Assembly (NCBI GenBank): GCA_946965045.2
Contig: OX337231.1
Coordinates: 868,001 to 932,000 of the forward strand
DNA length: 64,000 nucleotides
Direction: 5' to 3'
From: Epithemia pelagica
Lineage: Eukaryota > Protista > Bacillariophyta
This document shows positions 43,564-55,012 of the stretch, in pieces. The notes beneath the pieces are model-generated. The model was not told the origin of the DNA, did no database searches, and was given only the letters and a program-made list of their open reading frames with translations. The translations under genes were made by a program, and so were the position numbers. Every line of letters starts with the position of its first letter. Position 1 is the stretch's first letter.

Positions 43564-46230
43564 TTACTGTTGCATTAGTGACCACGCACCGACGGTTTCA
43601 TTCCATTCCGCAACCCCCGAAGGAGCGCGTCCGCGAGGGCGTAAGAACGATCCTGTGGAGGGATCCTTTTTCGCGGGTTTCGTCGGGTACATGAACTTGT
43701 TTTCATCGCTAGGCTGGACATTAACCGATCTTGTGCCAAGCGGCTGCCGTGACTTGGGCTTTTCTTCGTGATTTGCAATATTTGACTCTTTCAGATTCTC
43801 TGACATCGAAGCTCCTTCATTCGAAATGTTTTCACCCTTGGACTCAACCATTCGCCATGGCTTTGGTTGAGTCTTTGATAGTTTGTCGGCGACTCTATTA
43901 GTTGACGGCGTAGTTGCACTGGTCTTGAGGCCGAGGCGTCGGCGCTGACGTGGCTCAGTGGAGAAAAGCGTTGATGTCTTGGGAATGGCCTTCGATCCAG
44001 GACTTGCATCCTCGTCTTCGTCTCCACCGTCCGCGAGAAGCTTCTCGTAATTGCGGATCAGCTCTTCTTTACTTTGCTTTAGCTGCCGAGTCTCGGCTTC
44101 GCTCTCTTCGAAGAGCGATCTGAGACGCTCAATTTCGCAGTCTTTCTCCGCAACTTCATTTGCTATCGTCCGCTGTTCAAAAGCGTGCGTCTCTGCCATC
44201 CGACTCATCTCTTCTTCACACTCTGTGATTTGTTCTTCCAATTCAGAGTTCTTTTGTAGGGCGCGGTCTAGTTTTTCTCGCGTTGCATCATCCCCAGTAT
44301 GTGCTGCATGTTTAGCTTTCAAATCACGAATCGTGTCATCGTACCGCTTCGTCATTGCGGTCATCTCTTCTAGCATCTCTTCTGCCACTTCATCACGAAT
44401 TGTGGTTTCCATTGTTTCGAGCTTTCGATCCAGCTCCCGATTCCTCGCTTGTAGAGATTCAATTTGGGCTCGTGCAAACAAAAGCTCTTTATCCATCTCG
44501 GATGTCGAGTTAGCGGTGGATTCTATCACCTTCTGTCGCTTGGCCTGGTGAAAAGGTTCATCTGAAACTGTGGAAGGTCGCTTGGGACGCGATTTCTTAG
44601 TTTCTTGTTCATTACCGGACTCAAGGCCCTGCTTTGTTCCTGCCATTTTATCGCCCATCATTTTACTGTTGTGCTGTGAATAATTATTTTTAGTGGAACG
44701 TACGTTTTTTCTTCGCCCGTCATAGCCATATTCAACAACATGAGTTGTGGCTTGCGCTGGAACGGATTTGTCAGATCTTCGAATGGGATTCGGAATTGCC
44801 TTTGTTGAGATGGCGTAGGCCAACACATGCTGCGTTTCATCGAAATCCTGACGGGAAGGATGAACATTTACAATCATTGAGGTTGCACCCCGTTTCATCC
44901 AATGATGCATGAAAAGGACGGTAAGTTTGGAATCTCGATAATTCTTCTCTCCTCTGGTAAGACAGCCCATGAGAGTCATGAGGGATTTGTTGATGAAAGA
45001 TGCCTCCTTTTGACGGATAGTCCCCCCATTGGTTCTTTTTGAACGTTCGCTTCCAGCAAGGTCGACGATCCACAAAGTAGCCGAATCATCCGGTCGAGAT
45101 TGAATCAAACTCGCAGTGTCTACCGATGATTCATCGTCTCCCGAGGGGACTGGTTCCATCTTTCCCTTGGACACGGTAATCTGACACACGCTATGGGATC
45201 GACTACTGTTTCGGTTCAGGCTGTTCGATGCTGTGTGCCGATGCTCCTTTGCTCTACACACGACATCCATACCCTGTTCAAGAGATGTGATGTGATGCTT
45301 CGTCAAACCCTTAATGACTGTCTGTCCGTTTCGTTCACGGATCTTCAAGGGCTTTGCGCCAACGTGGAACGTAAATTTAGTTTTCGGGACCGAAGGAAGG
45401 AGGTCGAACACATTCTCGTTGTAAATTTCGAAGTATGACATGTAGACATTCAAGTCAGTATTAGACACCTTTTGAAGAAGCTGGGTCAGACAACGCGGGA
45501 CAATTCCATGGGATTCCGGTTTTTGGCGTTTTCGAATATCTCCAAGAACTGTGTAGGTCTTTCCTGCATTGGTTATACCATAGCTGAAAAGAAGAGCGGA
45601 GTCACCAACACGATTACCACTGCACAGCTTGTTTACCAATGGAGCAGCAGTCCTGTCGTATATTTGGCTTTGTGTGGACTTGTCGCTGAACACTTGCGTG
45701 AACTCGTACTCTTTAGCCCGTGAAGAGTGTTTCGAAGACTCCGTTGATTCTGCAGATGGATATGTTCTGAGTTTCGTTGGATGCGCATTATCCGTTTTGT
45801 TGATGGGAGGAACAACTTCCATGACTGATTCTGATTCAGTGCAGGGTCGTACTCGGAGGAATACTTTGAGTTGTTTCGGATGCCGCTCTTTGCCCGACTC
45901 ATCTGGTTTTGATGGAACCGGAGGGGGTTTCGCCGCTCTCTTTTGGTTTTCTGCAACCTTTCGTTCAAATTGGGCAATTCGTTGTTGAATAGAAGCGGTC
46001 GAAGACTGAGATATCATTTTTGCCTGGGGCCCGTCTCCAGATAAGTCTTCCTGAGTGTCCGCAAATGCGATATCAAGATTTTTCCTCAATGCCATTTCTT
46101 CTTGTAAAGTTTGATTCAGATCTTCTGTCGATGCTTGCGAAGCGTCGATCGATTCTTCTCGTACTTGTGTTATGTCAAGCTCCTTCCCTCCACACTCTTC
46201 CTTTCCGTTGAATACAACTTCGTCTTTCAT
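43564..46230 (-). CDS. Kinesin motor protein, kinesin-6 (MKLP/KIF20)-like
   Basis: KVFLRVRP, P-loop YGITNAGKT (kinesin-6-like), NSSRSHS, VDLAGSER, INKSL, YRDSKLT, followed by a coiled coil. Confidence 0.88.
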   Translation of the reverse strand: MKDEVVFNGKEECGGKELDITQVREESIDASQASTEDLNQTLQEEMALRKNLDIAFADTQEDLSGDGPQAKMISQSSTASIQQRIAQFERKVAENQKRAAKPPPVPSKPDESGKERHPKQLKVFLRVRPCTESESVMEVVPPINKTDNAHPTKLRTYPSAESTESSKHSSRAKEYEFTQVFSDKSTQSQIYDRTAAPLVNKLCSGNRVGDSALLFSYGITNAGKTYTVLGDIRKRQKPESHGIVPRCLTQLLQKVSNTDLNVYMSYFEIYNENVFDLLPSVPKTKFTFHVGAKPLKIRERNGQTVIKGLTKHHITSLEQGMDVVCRAKEHRHTASNSLNRNSSRSHSVCQITVSKGKMEPVPSGDDESSVDTASLIQSRPDDSATLWIVDLAGSERSKRTNGGTIRQKEASFINKSLMTLMGCLTRGEKNYRDSKLTVLFMHHWMKRGATSMIVNVHPSRQDFDETQHVLAYAISTKAIPNPIRRSDKSVPAQATTHVVEYGYDGRRKNVRSTKNNYSQHNSKMMGDKMAGTKQGLESGNEQETKKSRPKRPSTVSDEPFHQAKRQKVIESTANSTSEMDKELLFARAQIESLQARNRELDRKLETMETTIRDEVAEEMLEEMTAMTKRYDDTIRDLKAKHAAHTGDDATREKLDRALQKNSELEEQITECEEEMSRMAETHAFEQRTIANEVAEKDCEIERLRSLFEESEAETRQLKQSKEELIRNYEKLLADGGDEDEDASPGSKAIPKTSTLFSTEPRQRRRLGLKTSATTPSTNRVADKLSKTQPKPWRMVESKGENISNEGASMSENLKESNIANHEEKPKSRQPLGTRSVNVQPSDENKFMYPTKPAKKDPSTGSFLRPRGRAPSGVAEWNETVGAWSLMQQ

Positions 46231-47145
46231 TCTTTGGACTCAGTTGTGTTTCTTCTATGGCGTTTTTTACGAGCTTGCATTCCTCGTCGAACAGAGTTTG
46301 TGGGGAGGATTGTCACTAATGAGGTCCACCGGCGCGCTCATCCCAGTGGTGCGAAATATTTAGATGGAATGAGGAGTACAGATTGATATGCCCCGATACA
46401 CACTGGGGAGTGGGGAGTACGAAATACTACTACCTACTCTAAAGAAAAACTATGCTCTTACATTCTCCTCCCCACTATAGCTCTACCAATCTATCTACTC
46501 CTTTCATCTCAAACCATGGGGAATTGGACATCAGGATAATCTCATTTATCTCTGGACTCGTCACGCCAAGATAAGATCAGACCAGCAACCTTGAGATGGC
46601 ATGGTTAAAAAATCCTGAGACCGCTACTAGGGATGCGTTTCATTTTAGTTACCGTCAAGGAGTACGGCACGGCAAAGTTTCTAATTGCAGAAGAAATAGG
46701 CAAACGGGTGCTACCAGAGAGATACTCCTAACGCAACTAAGAGTCAATCCCAGGATAACGATGAATGGGTGGTAGACGAGAGGCATGGATGTGGTCCCAG
46801 CAAAGTGGCAAAGCAACTAGATAGAGTCATGATATTCAATAAGACTTTTACGGATACTCGAATCCGACCAGACAGCAGATACCAGATCCTATGTGAAGGT
46901 GGAGATGAAAGGAGCCCATGAGCATAACGGATAAGAGTTAACTTATTGTGTGAAAGATTTAACTTATTGTGTGAACCTTTTGCGTAAAGGGCGTATTGTA
47001 GGGCGTACCTACATGATAGGCATTAGACATTTTGTGCAGTCATAAAATGTCGAGTTCCTTCCTATCTAAGATCCATAGTCCGCATTCTAAGCTTAACAAC
47101 AATATCAGGAACAGGACATGACCAACCATCGTTAGGCTAATCGAG

Positions 47146-47440
47146 TAGAGGTTGGACCCGCACCGCGGTGCTGCGGATCGGATCCACGGATCCGCGGTGC
47201 TGATCCCTGGCACCGCAAAGAAAGTTCCGATCCGCACTACTCGCACCTACGCACAGTAAAGGCGGGGTGCAGCGATTTGGTCCTCTCTAGGTCTGACCGC
47301 CCGTACGTCACATTTGTGCAGAGTACATAAAATCGCATAGTAGTGCGGAACTGCGGAGCACGCGGGTACTTGGAACCGCAAAGGCTGGGATGCGCGGGTA
47401 ACCTACCCGCATCGATTTGAGCTCGCTTGTCCAACCTCTA
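47146..47440. mobile_element. Non-autonomous hAT-type DNA transposon (MITE), 295 bp
   Basis: Perfect 12-bp TIRs TAGAGGTTGGAC (47146-47157) and GTCCAACCTCTA (47429-47440), flanked by an identical 8-bp TSD TAATCGAG (47138-47145 and 47441-47448). GC-rich interior with no convincing ORF. Confidence 0.92.
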
Positions 47441-47896
47441 TAATCGAGAGTCGAGCATAATGACAACATGATCCCAAATTCCCTGAAAAAAGATGCTTGC
47501 TGAAAATGTGGGAAAAGGCGAACGCGGGGAACGGGAACCACCGTACCAGTGACCAGACCAATTTTAAATTTAGTGCACCAATATAATTCAGGCAATTGTA
47601 AAATTTACTATAGCCGGCATTTAGGCAATTGAAACTAAATTTTACCTATGACATTCTGTGTTCAAGTTTGTGTTATCGTTCGGGTTAAAGCCGCTCCCTT
47701 CCGGATCCAAGATCCGTAATCTCTTTTTCCTTTTTCACTTGTTTGCCGATCGTCTTGTCATCGTCAGTTCTCGCTTTAGGTGACAACAAACAAGACAACA
47801 CACCGCGATAGGAGAATCGTTCGTGGTTTTGAAACCAACTCTTGGAAGTCAAGCTCATCTGCTCTTGTTCCCATATCATCATTCCTTCCTCGAACG

Positions 47897-49990
47897 ATGG
47901 ATTTCGAACCTGATTGTTTTGCACCGGGACGGACAACATTCTCGGCGAGACACCCGTTGTTGTCCTCCTCTTCAAACGAAGTAATTTGTCCGAGGGAGAT
48001 TGAAAGCACATCGAGTATTGAAGATATCGTTAGGTACAATAGAAGCGCAATTTCAGCCTTCAACGAGGGCGATATTGTTCGGGCCATGTTTATGTTGAAT
48101 GATGCAGCTCAAGTTTGGTCGACGAGCTCCAAAGTGAATGAGAAAGGATTGCCTGTTGCGAATCGCTGTATAAGTGGCTCAATGCTTGTGTATGATGATG
48201 CAATGGACATTTTCCAAGACTTTCTAGACATTCGAGTGGACAGGGACAAGGATGTTGTCATAGCGGCTCTCATGTACAACGCTGGTCAGGCTTCAAGAAA
48301 ACTGCAAGGGATAGACAGCGCTAGCTCATTCTTTCAATCGGCATTGGATAAGCTGCTGCCTTATATTGCTGGCTTTGGATCGGTTTCGTCAAGAGAGCTA
48401 AACAATGTTGCGATACCTCTGCTTCACAATATTGGCCATTACCACTTCTGCCGGGGAGACCTCGAGGAAGCGTTGGCTTTCTACGATCTCGCTCTTCAAG
48501 AAAGCAAGCGTGTCTCAATACAAAGTTCATTCAACGTCGCTGCAACGTTGAATTGCCAGGGGATCGTCCTGACTCAAATGAACGATCTTGAAGAGAGTCT
48601 GCACTGCTTTCAACAATCTCTTGAAATTTTCACCGAACGGTTCGGGGCACAGTCCAATTGGGTTGCTGCGGTACTGAACAATATTGGACGTGTATATGTC
48701 AAGATAGGAGATCACGCAACATCGCTGATTTGTTTCAGACGAGCCTTAAAGATTCGATCGACAGAATGCGGCTCAAATCCAATTGAATATTGTGCTACGG
48801 TTTTCAATCTTGGTCAGAGCCTTCACAGACTGGGAAAGTTTGACGAGGCTCGGAGCAACTACGAACTATTCGTTAGTCGTGCAAGATCTCTGTACCCATG
48901 CGGACATCGTGACATCGCTGTGGTGATGAGCTACATGGGCCAAATCTTTCACGGGAAAGGGGATATTGAACGAGCAAAAGATCTCTTCCATCGAAGTGTA
49001 CATATTGGCCGATTGTCAATGAGCCAATGTCCCGAGGATCTAGCTGTTCTTCTGAATCGTCTGGGAAACTTCCATTTCGATCAAAGAAATTTTGACGTTG
49101 CATTGGAAGCATACGAAGAAGGACTAAGCATCGAACAAGCAGCACTTGAAGATTGTCATCCCAACATCACTGTCACGCTCAGCAATATTGCGGAGATTTT
49201 CCGGCAGAAGGGAGAACTTTCAAAAGCCATCAACGTATACTACAGAGTTTTGTGTCTTCTTGAAACACGCCATGGAACAAAGAGTAATCAAGTTGCAGCA
49301 GCGTTGAACGTTGTTGGGCTCATACTGGATCAAAATGGAGAAACCGAAATGGCACTGAAAATGCTTCTGCAAGCACTTGAAATCCGCAAGGCAACTCTTG
49401 GAAAAGATCACGTCGATGTGGCGTCTACCCATATGTATCTTGGTGCCATTTTCTGCAAAAAGAATATGGTTTCAGTTGCATTACGGTATTTTCTCGAGTC
49501 CAATCGTATACGACAGGCCAAACTTGGTAAAAACAACCTTCATGTGTGTTTCTCGACTTTCAACATTGGTTGGTGCCATCAGCTGGAGGGAAACTATTCC
49601 GCAGCAATGAGATACTTTTCAGAAACACTAACTATCCAAAAGTCATTGTTGGGAGAAAAGCACACAGACGTCGCTTTCACGCTGTTGAAAGTTGGTGAGG
49701 CAGCAGACACTGCAGGGGAAAGAACAGAGGCAATCTCGTACTATGAGCAGGCACTGGAGATAATGCGGGAACAAACATTGAAACAGTGCGACATGCCACC
49801 AATCATCCGCACTCTGTCCATGCTCACCACCTTGTACCAGGAAACACGCCAGATTGGTCGAATGATGACTGTGTTTGAGGAAACTTTCAGGCGCTTGAAC
49901 AAGCTTGGACTTTCGCTAAGCGACATTGAGGCTCCGACTTCAGTAATGCCACATGAACTACCATGTTATGCGTCTGCTGCGTCCGCGTAA
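47897..49990 (+). CDS. Large TPR-repeat protein (KLC/nephrocystin-3-like repeats)
   Basis: More than ten repeats of the type VAATLNCQGIV / VAAVLNNIGRVY / ITVTLSNIAEIF / VAAALNVVGLIL. First ATG at 47897. Confidence 0.85.
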   Translation: MDFEPDCFAPGRTTFSARHPLLSSSSNEVICPREIESTSSIEDIVRYNRSAISAFNEGDIVRAMFMLNDAAQVWSTSSKVNEKGLPVANRCISGSMLVYDDAMDIFQDFLDIRVDRDKDVVIAALMYNAGQASRKLQGIDSASSFFQSALDKLLPYIAGFGSVSSRELNNVAIPLLHNIGHYHFCRGDLEEALAFYDLALQESKRVSIQSSFNVAATLNCQGIVLTQMNDLEESLHCFQQSLEIFTERFGAQSNWVAAVLNNIGRVYVKIGDHATSLICFRRALKIRSTECGSNPIEYCATVFNLGQSLHRLGKFDEARSNYELFVSRARSLYPCGHRDIAVVMSYMGQIFHGKGDIERAKDLFHRSVHIGRLSMSQCPEDLAVLLNRLGNFHFDQRNFDVALEAYEEGLSIEQAALEDCHPNITVTLSNIAEIFRQKGELSKAINVYYRVLCLLETRHGTKSNQVAAALNVVGLILDQNGETEMALKMLLQALEIRKATLGKDHVDVASTHMYLGAIFCKKNMVSVALRYFLESNRIRQAKLGKNNLHVCFSTFNIGWCHQLEGNYSAAMRYFSETLTIQKSLLGEKHTDVAFTLLKVGEAADTAGERTEAISYYEQALEIMREQTLKQCDMPPIIRTLSMLTTLYQETRQIGRMMTVFEETFRRLNKLGLSLSDIEAPTSVMPHELPCYASAASA

Positions 49991-50368
49991 GAGTTTGACA
50001 GCGGAGAGAGGATGTAAGGCTTAGTCTAAGCAGCTAGAGTGGGGTCAAACATTTGTAGAGAGTGTCAGTGGTAGCATTCTCATTGTTACTGAAGTCTCTT
50101 GGTTCCAGATGGCTGTTGTATTGACACACACGCAACCCTCTGAGCGAAATGCGCCTCTAAGACGATACAGAGTTGTTGGTTTGATAATAGATTAGTCGTT
50201 GCGCAACCCTTACAAATAATTTAAACTAAATGAATGAAAGAAATACAGGAGATAGGATGCAGCTGAGTCCCGTTCACGAAAAGAGAATAGTGAAATGGAA
50301 ACTGCTGCATTCCTTGTACAACAGACCTTTTTTATGGTCTGCACAACTTTGCAAGGCCTGAAGTATTT

Positions 50369-51514
50369 TTATATGCTGAACTTTGTGGAGATGGTCTGTT
50401 TTGCGGCGGTACTGCTGTTGCTATTGTTGTTATTTCGGTTTCTTGCATGCGGCCTGGGTGCAGAAGGTGGCTTGGAAGTCATTTTTGACTTTCCTTGGCT
50501 TCCCGTGACTTTTTGACTTCGTTTGCTTGCAGCAGATGGCGACATGGTAGATTTAGCATTTAAAGTGTTCTTGGGTGAAGATTGACTCGTTGGAACTGAA
50601 GCAGGAGTGATGCTTCTATTGGATGGCGAATTGATAGCTTTATTTCCTCCTCCAAAACCGTTCTTGTGAGAAGGTGAGGCGCTAGGTGCAGTATTCTTGA
50701 GCGAAGGAGAAGCCCTGACCGACACAGCTTCGGCCTCCGCCGCACGAGCCCTAGCCTTGAGTTCATCCAATTCTTTCCGATCATGAAGGAGGTCAAGAAC
50801 GAACTGGGTCATCTCCTTGTTCGTCAGATCATACCCCTTGACACCAACCGTTTTCACTGCCTGTGACGCAAACTCACGAAGCTCCGCCTCCATGTCTCGT
50901 CGACTCCGAGCAACCACTTGTTCGCTAACAATTCGAAAGACCTTTCCACGAGTTTTGTGCGGCCCCAATGCACAGCATTCGTACGGATAACGCCCTCCAA
51001 GGCCCTTCTCATTGATCGACGCAGGGAAAGGTTCCAACAGGAGCGCAATTACATTGTCTGGAGCACCAAAACCAAAGGCCAAATGAACAGGAAGCATGCC
51101 CTCATTGTCTGTACAGTGAATTCCCCGAGGATAAAGCTCAATGAGTTTTTGGATTACGACAAAAGGGGCCAGATAGGAAATGGCAGCATGAATGGGAAGT
51201 TGGCTCCATTCTGGTTCCCCTCGGCGATCGTATGATGTGACCCATGTCTTGACCTGAATTTCTGGTCCTGGTGAACGCAGATGACCATTAGAGCTTGATA
51301 GCAACGAGTTGCTCCATTTCCCAGTGTTGAGAAACATTAGGACACCTTCCCAGTTTTCTTTTTCAATGTTGCGAAAAAGAGGAGACACCTTCCGGTAATC
51401 GGTATTCAGTACTTCGCTATCCTCGGTCGATGCAGAGTCGTGCGAAACATTGGTGACAATCTTCGTGTGATCATCGTCGACATAATCTTCTGCTGAAGAT
51501 GTACAACAGCTCAT
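50369..51514 (-). CDS. Ankyrin-like repeat protein with coiled coil and S/T/K-rich tail
   Basis: SPLFRNIEKENWEGV, LPIHAAI...VIQKLIELYP, DNEGMLPVHLAF...VIALLLEPFP. First ATG at 51514; an upstream extension is possible. Confidence 0.7.
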   Translation of the reverse strand: MSCCTSSAEDYVDDDHTKIVTNVSHDSASTEDSEVLNTDYRKVSPLFRNIEKENWEGVLMFLNTGKWSNSLLSSSNGHLRSPGPEIQVKTWVTSYDRRGEPEWSQLPIHAAISYLAPFVVIQKLIELYPRGIHCTDNEGMLPVHLAFGFGAPDNVIALLLEPFPASINEKGLGGRYPYECCALGPHKTRGKVFRIVSEQVVARSRRDMEAELREFASQAVKTVGVKGYDLTNKEMTQFVLDLLHDRKELDELKARARAAEAEAVSVRASPSLKNTAPSASPSHKNGFGGGNKAINSPSNRSITPASVPTSQSSPKNTLNAKSTMSPSAASKRSQKVTGSQGKSKMTSKPPSAPRPHARNRNNNNSNSSTAAKQTISTKFSI

Positions 51515-52308
51515 GGTCCAGAACACGAACGCCTCCCCCAATTCGTCGTCAGGCAATCCAACCAAGGAAGATGTGAGTAGTTTCACAGGCGGATTGGACT
51601 TACGGATGGCGTTTGCGATTTTGTTTTGGCGTGAGTCGCTTTTTCGGCTCGCCACGCCTCGAACAAAATTCGCTAAAATAGGACAAGCGATGATGCCACT
51701 GCTTCCCCTACTCAGCGTATGATATAATAGAACAAAAAGTAGAATAACGACATGTCACAGAGATGTCCCCTCAAGACCAAATCTGAGTTTGAAATTCCGT
51801 CGGCAACTTTTGAAATGAAAAAGCACGTGCTTCGGATTGTACACTTTGGTCCTATCAAGGTACATTCCAGATCAGTGTCAAGGATGCGAAGGAGGAAAGA
51901 GGGAGATGGCTGATGTGGCCACGAAGTCTAATGACTGCTCACAGCAGTACACTGTAAAGGACAGTAGAGAAAACGAACGCAGTCCCGGACGCCTGTTCAA
52001 AAACCCAAAGAAGACACCGCCTCCAACGAACTTCATCATCATCAACAGAATAACAACAACTCAACCGCAACAATCATCAATCAAGGGGAGGGGGTCCAAC
52101 AATAGAGCCAGATTGCATCTCTCTGTCTTGAGCGAAACAAGGTTGAAAGAGGTCTGAAAACCTTGCTGAGATCAGACGCACTTGGTGACAAGACTTCCTG
52201 GCACCTGGGTCACTTTTTGGGAATCTGTCGGTGTGACTACTGATTCTACAGAGTCGGACGTACAAGATTCTCGAGATTCTCATTTTTCAACAACACAGCA
52301 AACTGACA

Positions 52309-53232
52309 ATGAAGTATTTGCAAGATGAGCGTCTTTCTCAATGGACTTCTGCCTTGACAGAGGTTGCTCTTGGCCATTCGCGTATTCTCCACGGTCGTCT
52401 GGAAGTATATTCCATGAAACGAGCTAGCAGCGACAAGAAATATGCTGCCGTGTTGGGAGAGAAGTACGTGGAACAAATACATCAAGACCAAGAATGGGCT
52501 GCCACGTTACCTCGATCGACTCGAAAGCGAAGTCAATCAGCTGGATTACTGGAGGAAAGTTTATCACCAATACCCCCACCGACCAAACGACCCCGTTCCT
52601 GCAGTTTAGACGATGGACTGTCAAAGTCCATAACTGCCCTGGGAGACTTTAATGAACAAGGAACAAGGAGACTCATGACAGACCTCGTGCTGACACTGAA
52701 TGCATCCTTCCCTGACTATGATTTTGGTTCGATCAAACCAGGAGATTTTACCAAAATGGAAACCAAAAAGGCAGTGAACCGAATAAATGAAAGTCTCTCT
52801 GAATGGGCTGCATCCGGTGGTGGCCAACAACGCAATCTCAACGAAATGTGGGAATCTGTTGACCAATGTATTCGGTTAAAGGAATGCGATGTTTTCGTGT
52901 TCACACCATCTGAAGATGCGTCCTTTCTTCTTGCGGAAGATGCGGGAGGATCATCCGAAGATTACAACACGGGGAATGAAGACGCCAGCGTCCGACTCTC
53001 TGTCTTGTGGTCGTTTTACAAGTTGTTTGTGAACAAACGCCTGAAACGAATTCTTTTGTTTTCCTGTGCCGAATCGATTCGAAATGTCGCCACTATTTCC
53101 GATAGTGGAGATGAAACAGAAGTCGAACGCTTTGTTCCATTTTCCGACGCAGGGGCATCGGACAATGTCGACTTTGACCTGGACCCGGAATCCACCACTG
53201 CGGGTGGGATTCCCTTTTCATCAATTGCCTGA
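52309..53232 (+). CDS. MAF1: Repressor of RNA polymerase III transcription Maf1
   Basis: MKYL...GRLEVYSMK, LVLTLNASFPDYDFGS, WESVDQCIRLKECDVF, LWSFYKLFVNKRLKRILLF and an acidic tail. Confidence 0.9.
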   Translation: MKYLQDERLSQWTSALTEVALGHSRILHGRLEVYSMKRASSDKKYAAVLGEKYVEQIHQDQEWAATLPRSTRKRSQSAGLLEESLSPIPPPTKRPRSCSLDDGLSKSITALGDFNEQGTRRLMTDLVLTLNASFPDYDFGSIKPGDFTKMETKKAVNRINESLSEWAASGGGQQRNLNEMWESVDQCIRLKECDVFVFTPSEDASFLLAEDAGGSSEDYNTGNEDASVRLSVLWSFYKLFVNKRLKRILLFSCAESIRNVATISDSGDETEVERFVPFSDAGASDNVDFDLDPESTTAGGIPFSSIA

Positions 53233-53572
53233 AAATTGAAGGATGCGGATATACGGGATGTTTTTGTTTACATAGGGGTATATGGGTACCAATTTCGCTT
53301 GTTTTTTTATAATACATGCTAGTTCTATACGTTCTCTTTCTCCACTTGCTTGTCATGAATGTTACAAACCGTACGAATCTATCATCAGTGTGCAGTTTAC
53401 AGGGAAATGCTGTCACTGCCCTGGTTACAGTTACCGTCATTAACCATTGTCAAGAGGATCTACTTTGTCTTCCAATATTGGATGCTAGATGTGACGCCTA
53501 GGAGTACAACTCAAATAAGAAGGACCATTCCTCATGTGATTGCATATAGAGAGCAGCTCTAGAATCTTTGTC

Positions 53573-54555
53573 TTATTGAAACTTTTGCGTACACTCCTCG
53601 CAGTAATCATAGAACTTGGCGGCTGCCTCCATATCTTTGGCGGGCGACGAACACTCGGCAACATCGCAATCGGCATAATACTCTCCCACCACCAGCGTTT
53701 CCGAAGGCAAGGTTGCACAGTAGACAGAGGTTGCTTCTCCTTGTTCGGGAGTCTTGAACGGTTGACTGCGACCACCCATAAACATTTTGACAACCAGAGA
53801 TACCAAGGTCCAGATGGATAAGTGACGAGACAAGTTGGTACGAATCACACCGGGATGTACCGAGACGGCTTCCACCTCATGGCGACGGGAAAATTCCTTG
53901 GCCAGCAAGATATCACCTAGTTTGGATTGCTGGTATTGTACCATGGGATCGTACGACGATGTCTCCGCATTAAAGTTGCGGTAGTAATCCAAATCGACTG
54001 GATTGCCGCCAAAGCCACTGTGGCCCGAGGAGGACAACCAAATTTGTCGTCCCCCGGCGGCCTTGAGCGGTGGCAACAACATACGGGCCAACAGAAAATG
54101 TCCGATACAATTAACTCCCATTTGAGTCTCGAAGCCATCTTCTGTGGCACCTTGTGGGCACATCATTACGCCAGCATTGAGAATGAGAGCATTGAGAATG
54201 AGACCATCCAGTTTGGGATACTTGACAAGACATGGTCAGCAAATGCCTTGACAGACGATAAACTAGCCAAATCCAAGGTAGCTCCACCGTCCACACGATC
54301 GGCCTGATAGTAGTCAAGTTTCTCCAAATCTTGTACAAATTCTTGTTGCAACTTGGCATTTCGACCTGCTACAATCACAGTGGCCTTGGTGGCCAACAAG
54401 GCCTTGGTGGTTTCCACACCAATGCCACTGTAAGCACCCGTTACCAAAAACACCTTGCCTTGATAATCCCCTCCATTCGCCTCCGCCATTTCCATTGCCG
54501 TCAGTTGACTACCCGGCTTGGACGGTTTGGTGGCTGATGATGGCGATGACGACAT
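53573..54555 (-). pseudogene. Retinol-dehydrogenase-like short-chain dehydrogenase/reductase, frameshifted
   Basis: VTGAYSGIG in one frame; NAGVM, FETQMGVNCIGHF, YQQSK and SVHPGVIRT in another. One base is missing near 54221-54226, and there is a 15-bp tandem duplication at 54173-54202. Confidence 0.75.
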
Positions 54556-55012
54556 GTTGTTGTTCTCCAAGTAACGATCTCGTCTGTTCAATGGAAATGT
54601 GAGAGTGGATTTCCTTGCTCCGACAAAAAGATTCGTTTTGGGCCGTAACCGAAGCTGGTCACGCGGAGTGACATGGCGCGAGCATGCAGCCTTCCGAATG
54701 TTCGTACAACCCATCCGTTGGAAGTTTGAAGTAGCTTTGATACAAAATAAACTTTGTTTATCTGACCTCTGAAAATTAGTCACTTGGTCGCACAAAAGTG
54801 AAATTTTTCGGAAGTTGGTCCTTCCAAGTTCCAACGAAAGGGGTGTCGTGGTCGTGGTGGGGAGGAAAAAGGCCTGACGAAGCGCAAACGCAAAAGGCGA
54901 ACATGGTTGTTTGCACCACCAAGTTCGACGATCGAAGTCCAACGTACAAACTTCCCAAAACACACACTCGAATGCCGAAGATCCGCTCACAACTTAAAAA
55001 TCATATCGCATC

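Noticed and set aside
46938-46975. 17-bp direct repeat TTAACTTATTGTGTGAA, period 21
   Set aside because: Only two copies; consistent with a local slippage duplication like other micro-duplications in the intergenic DNA (e.g. 17844, 32160, 32190).
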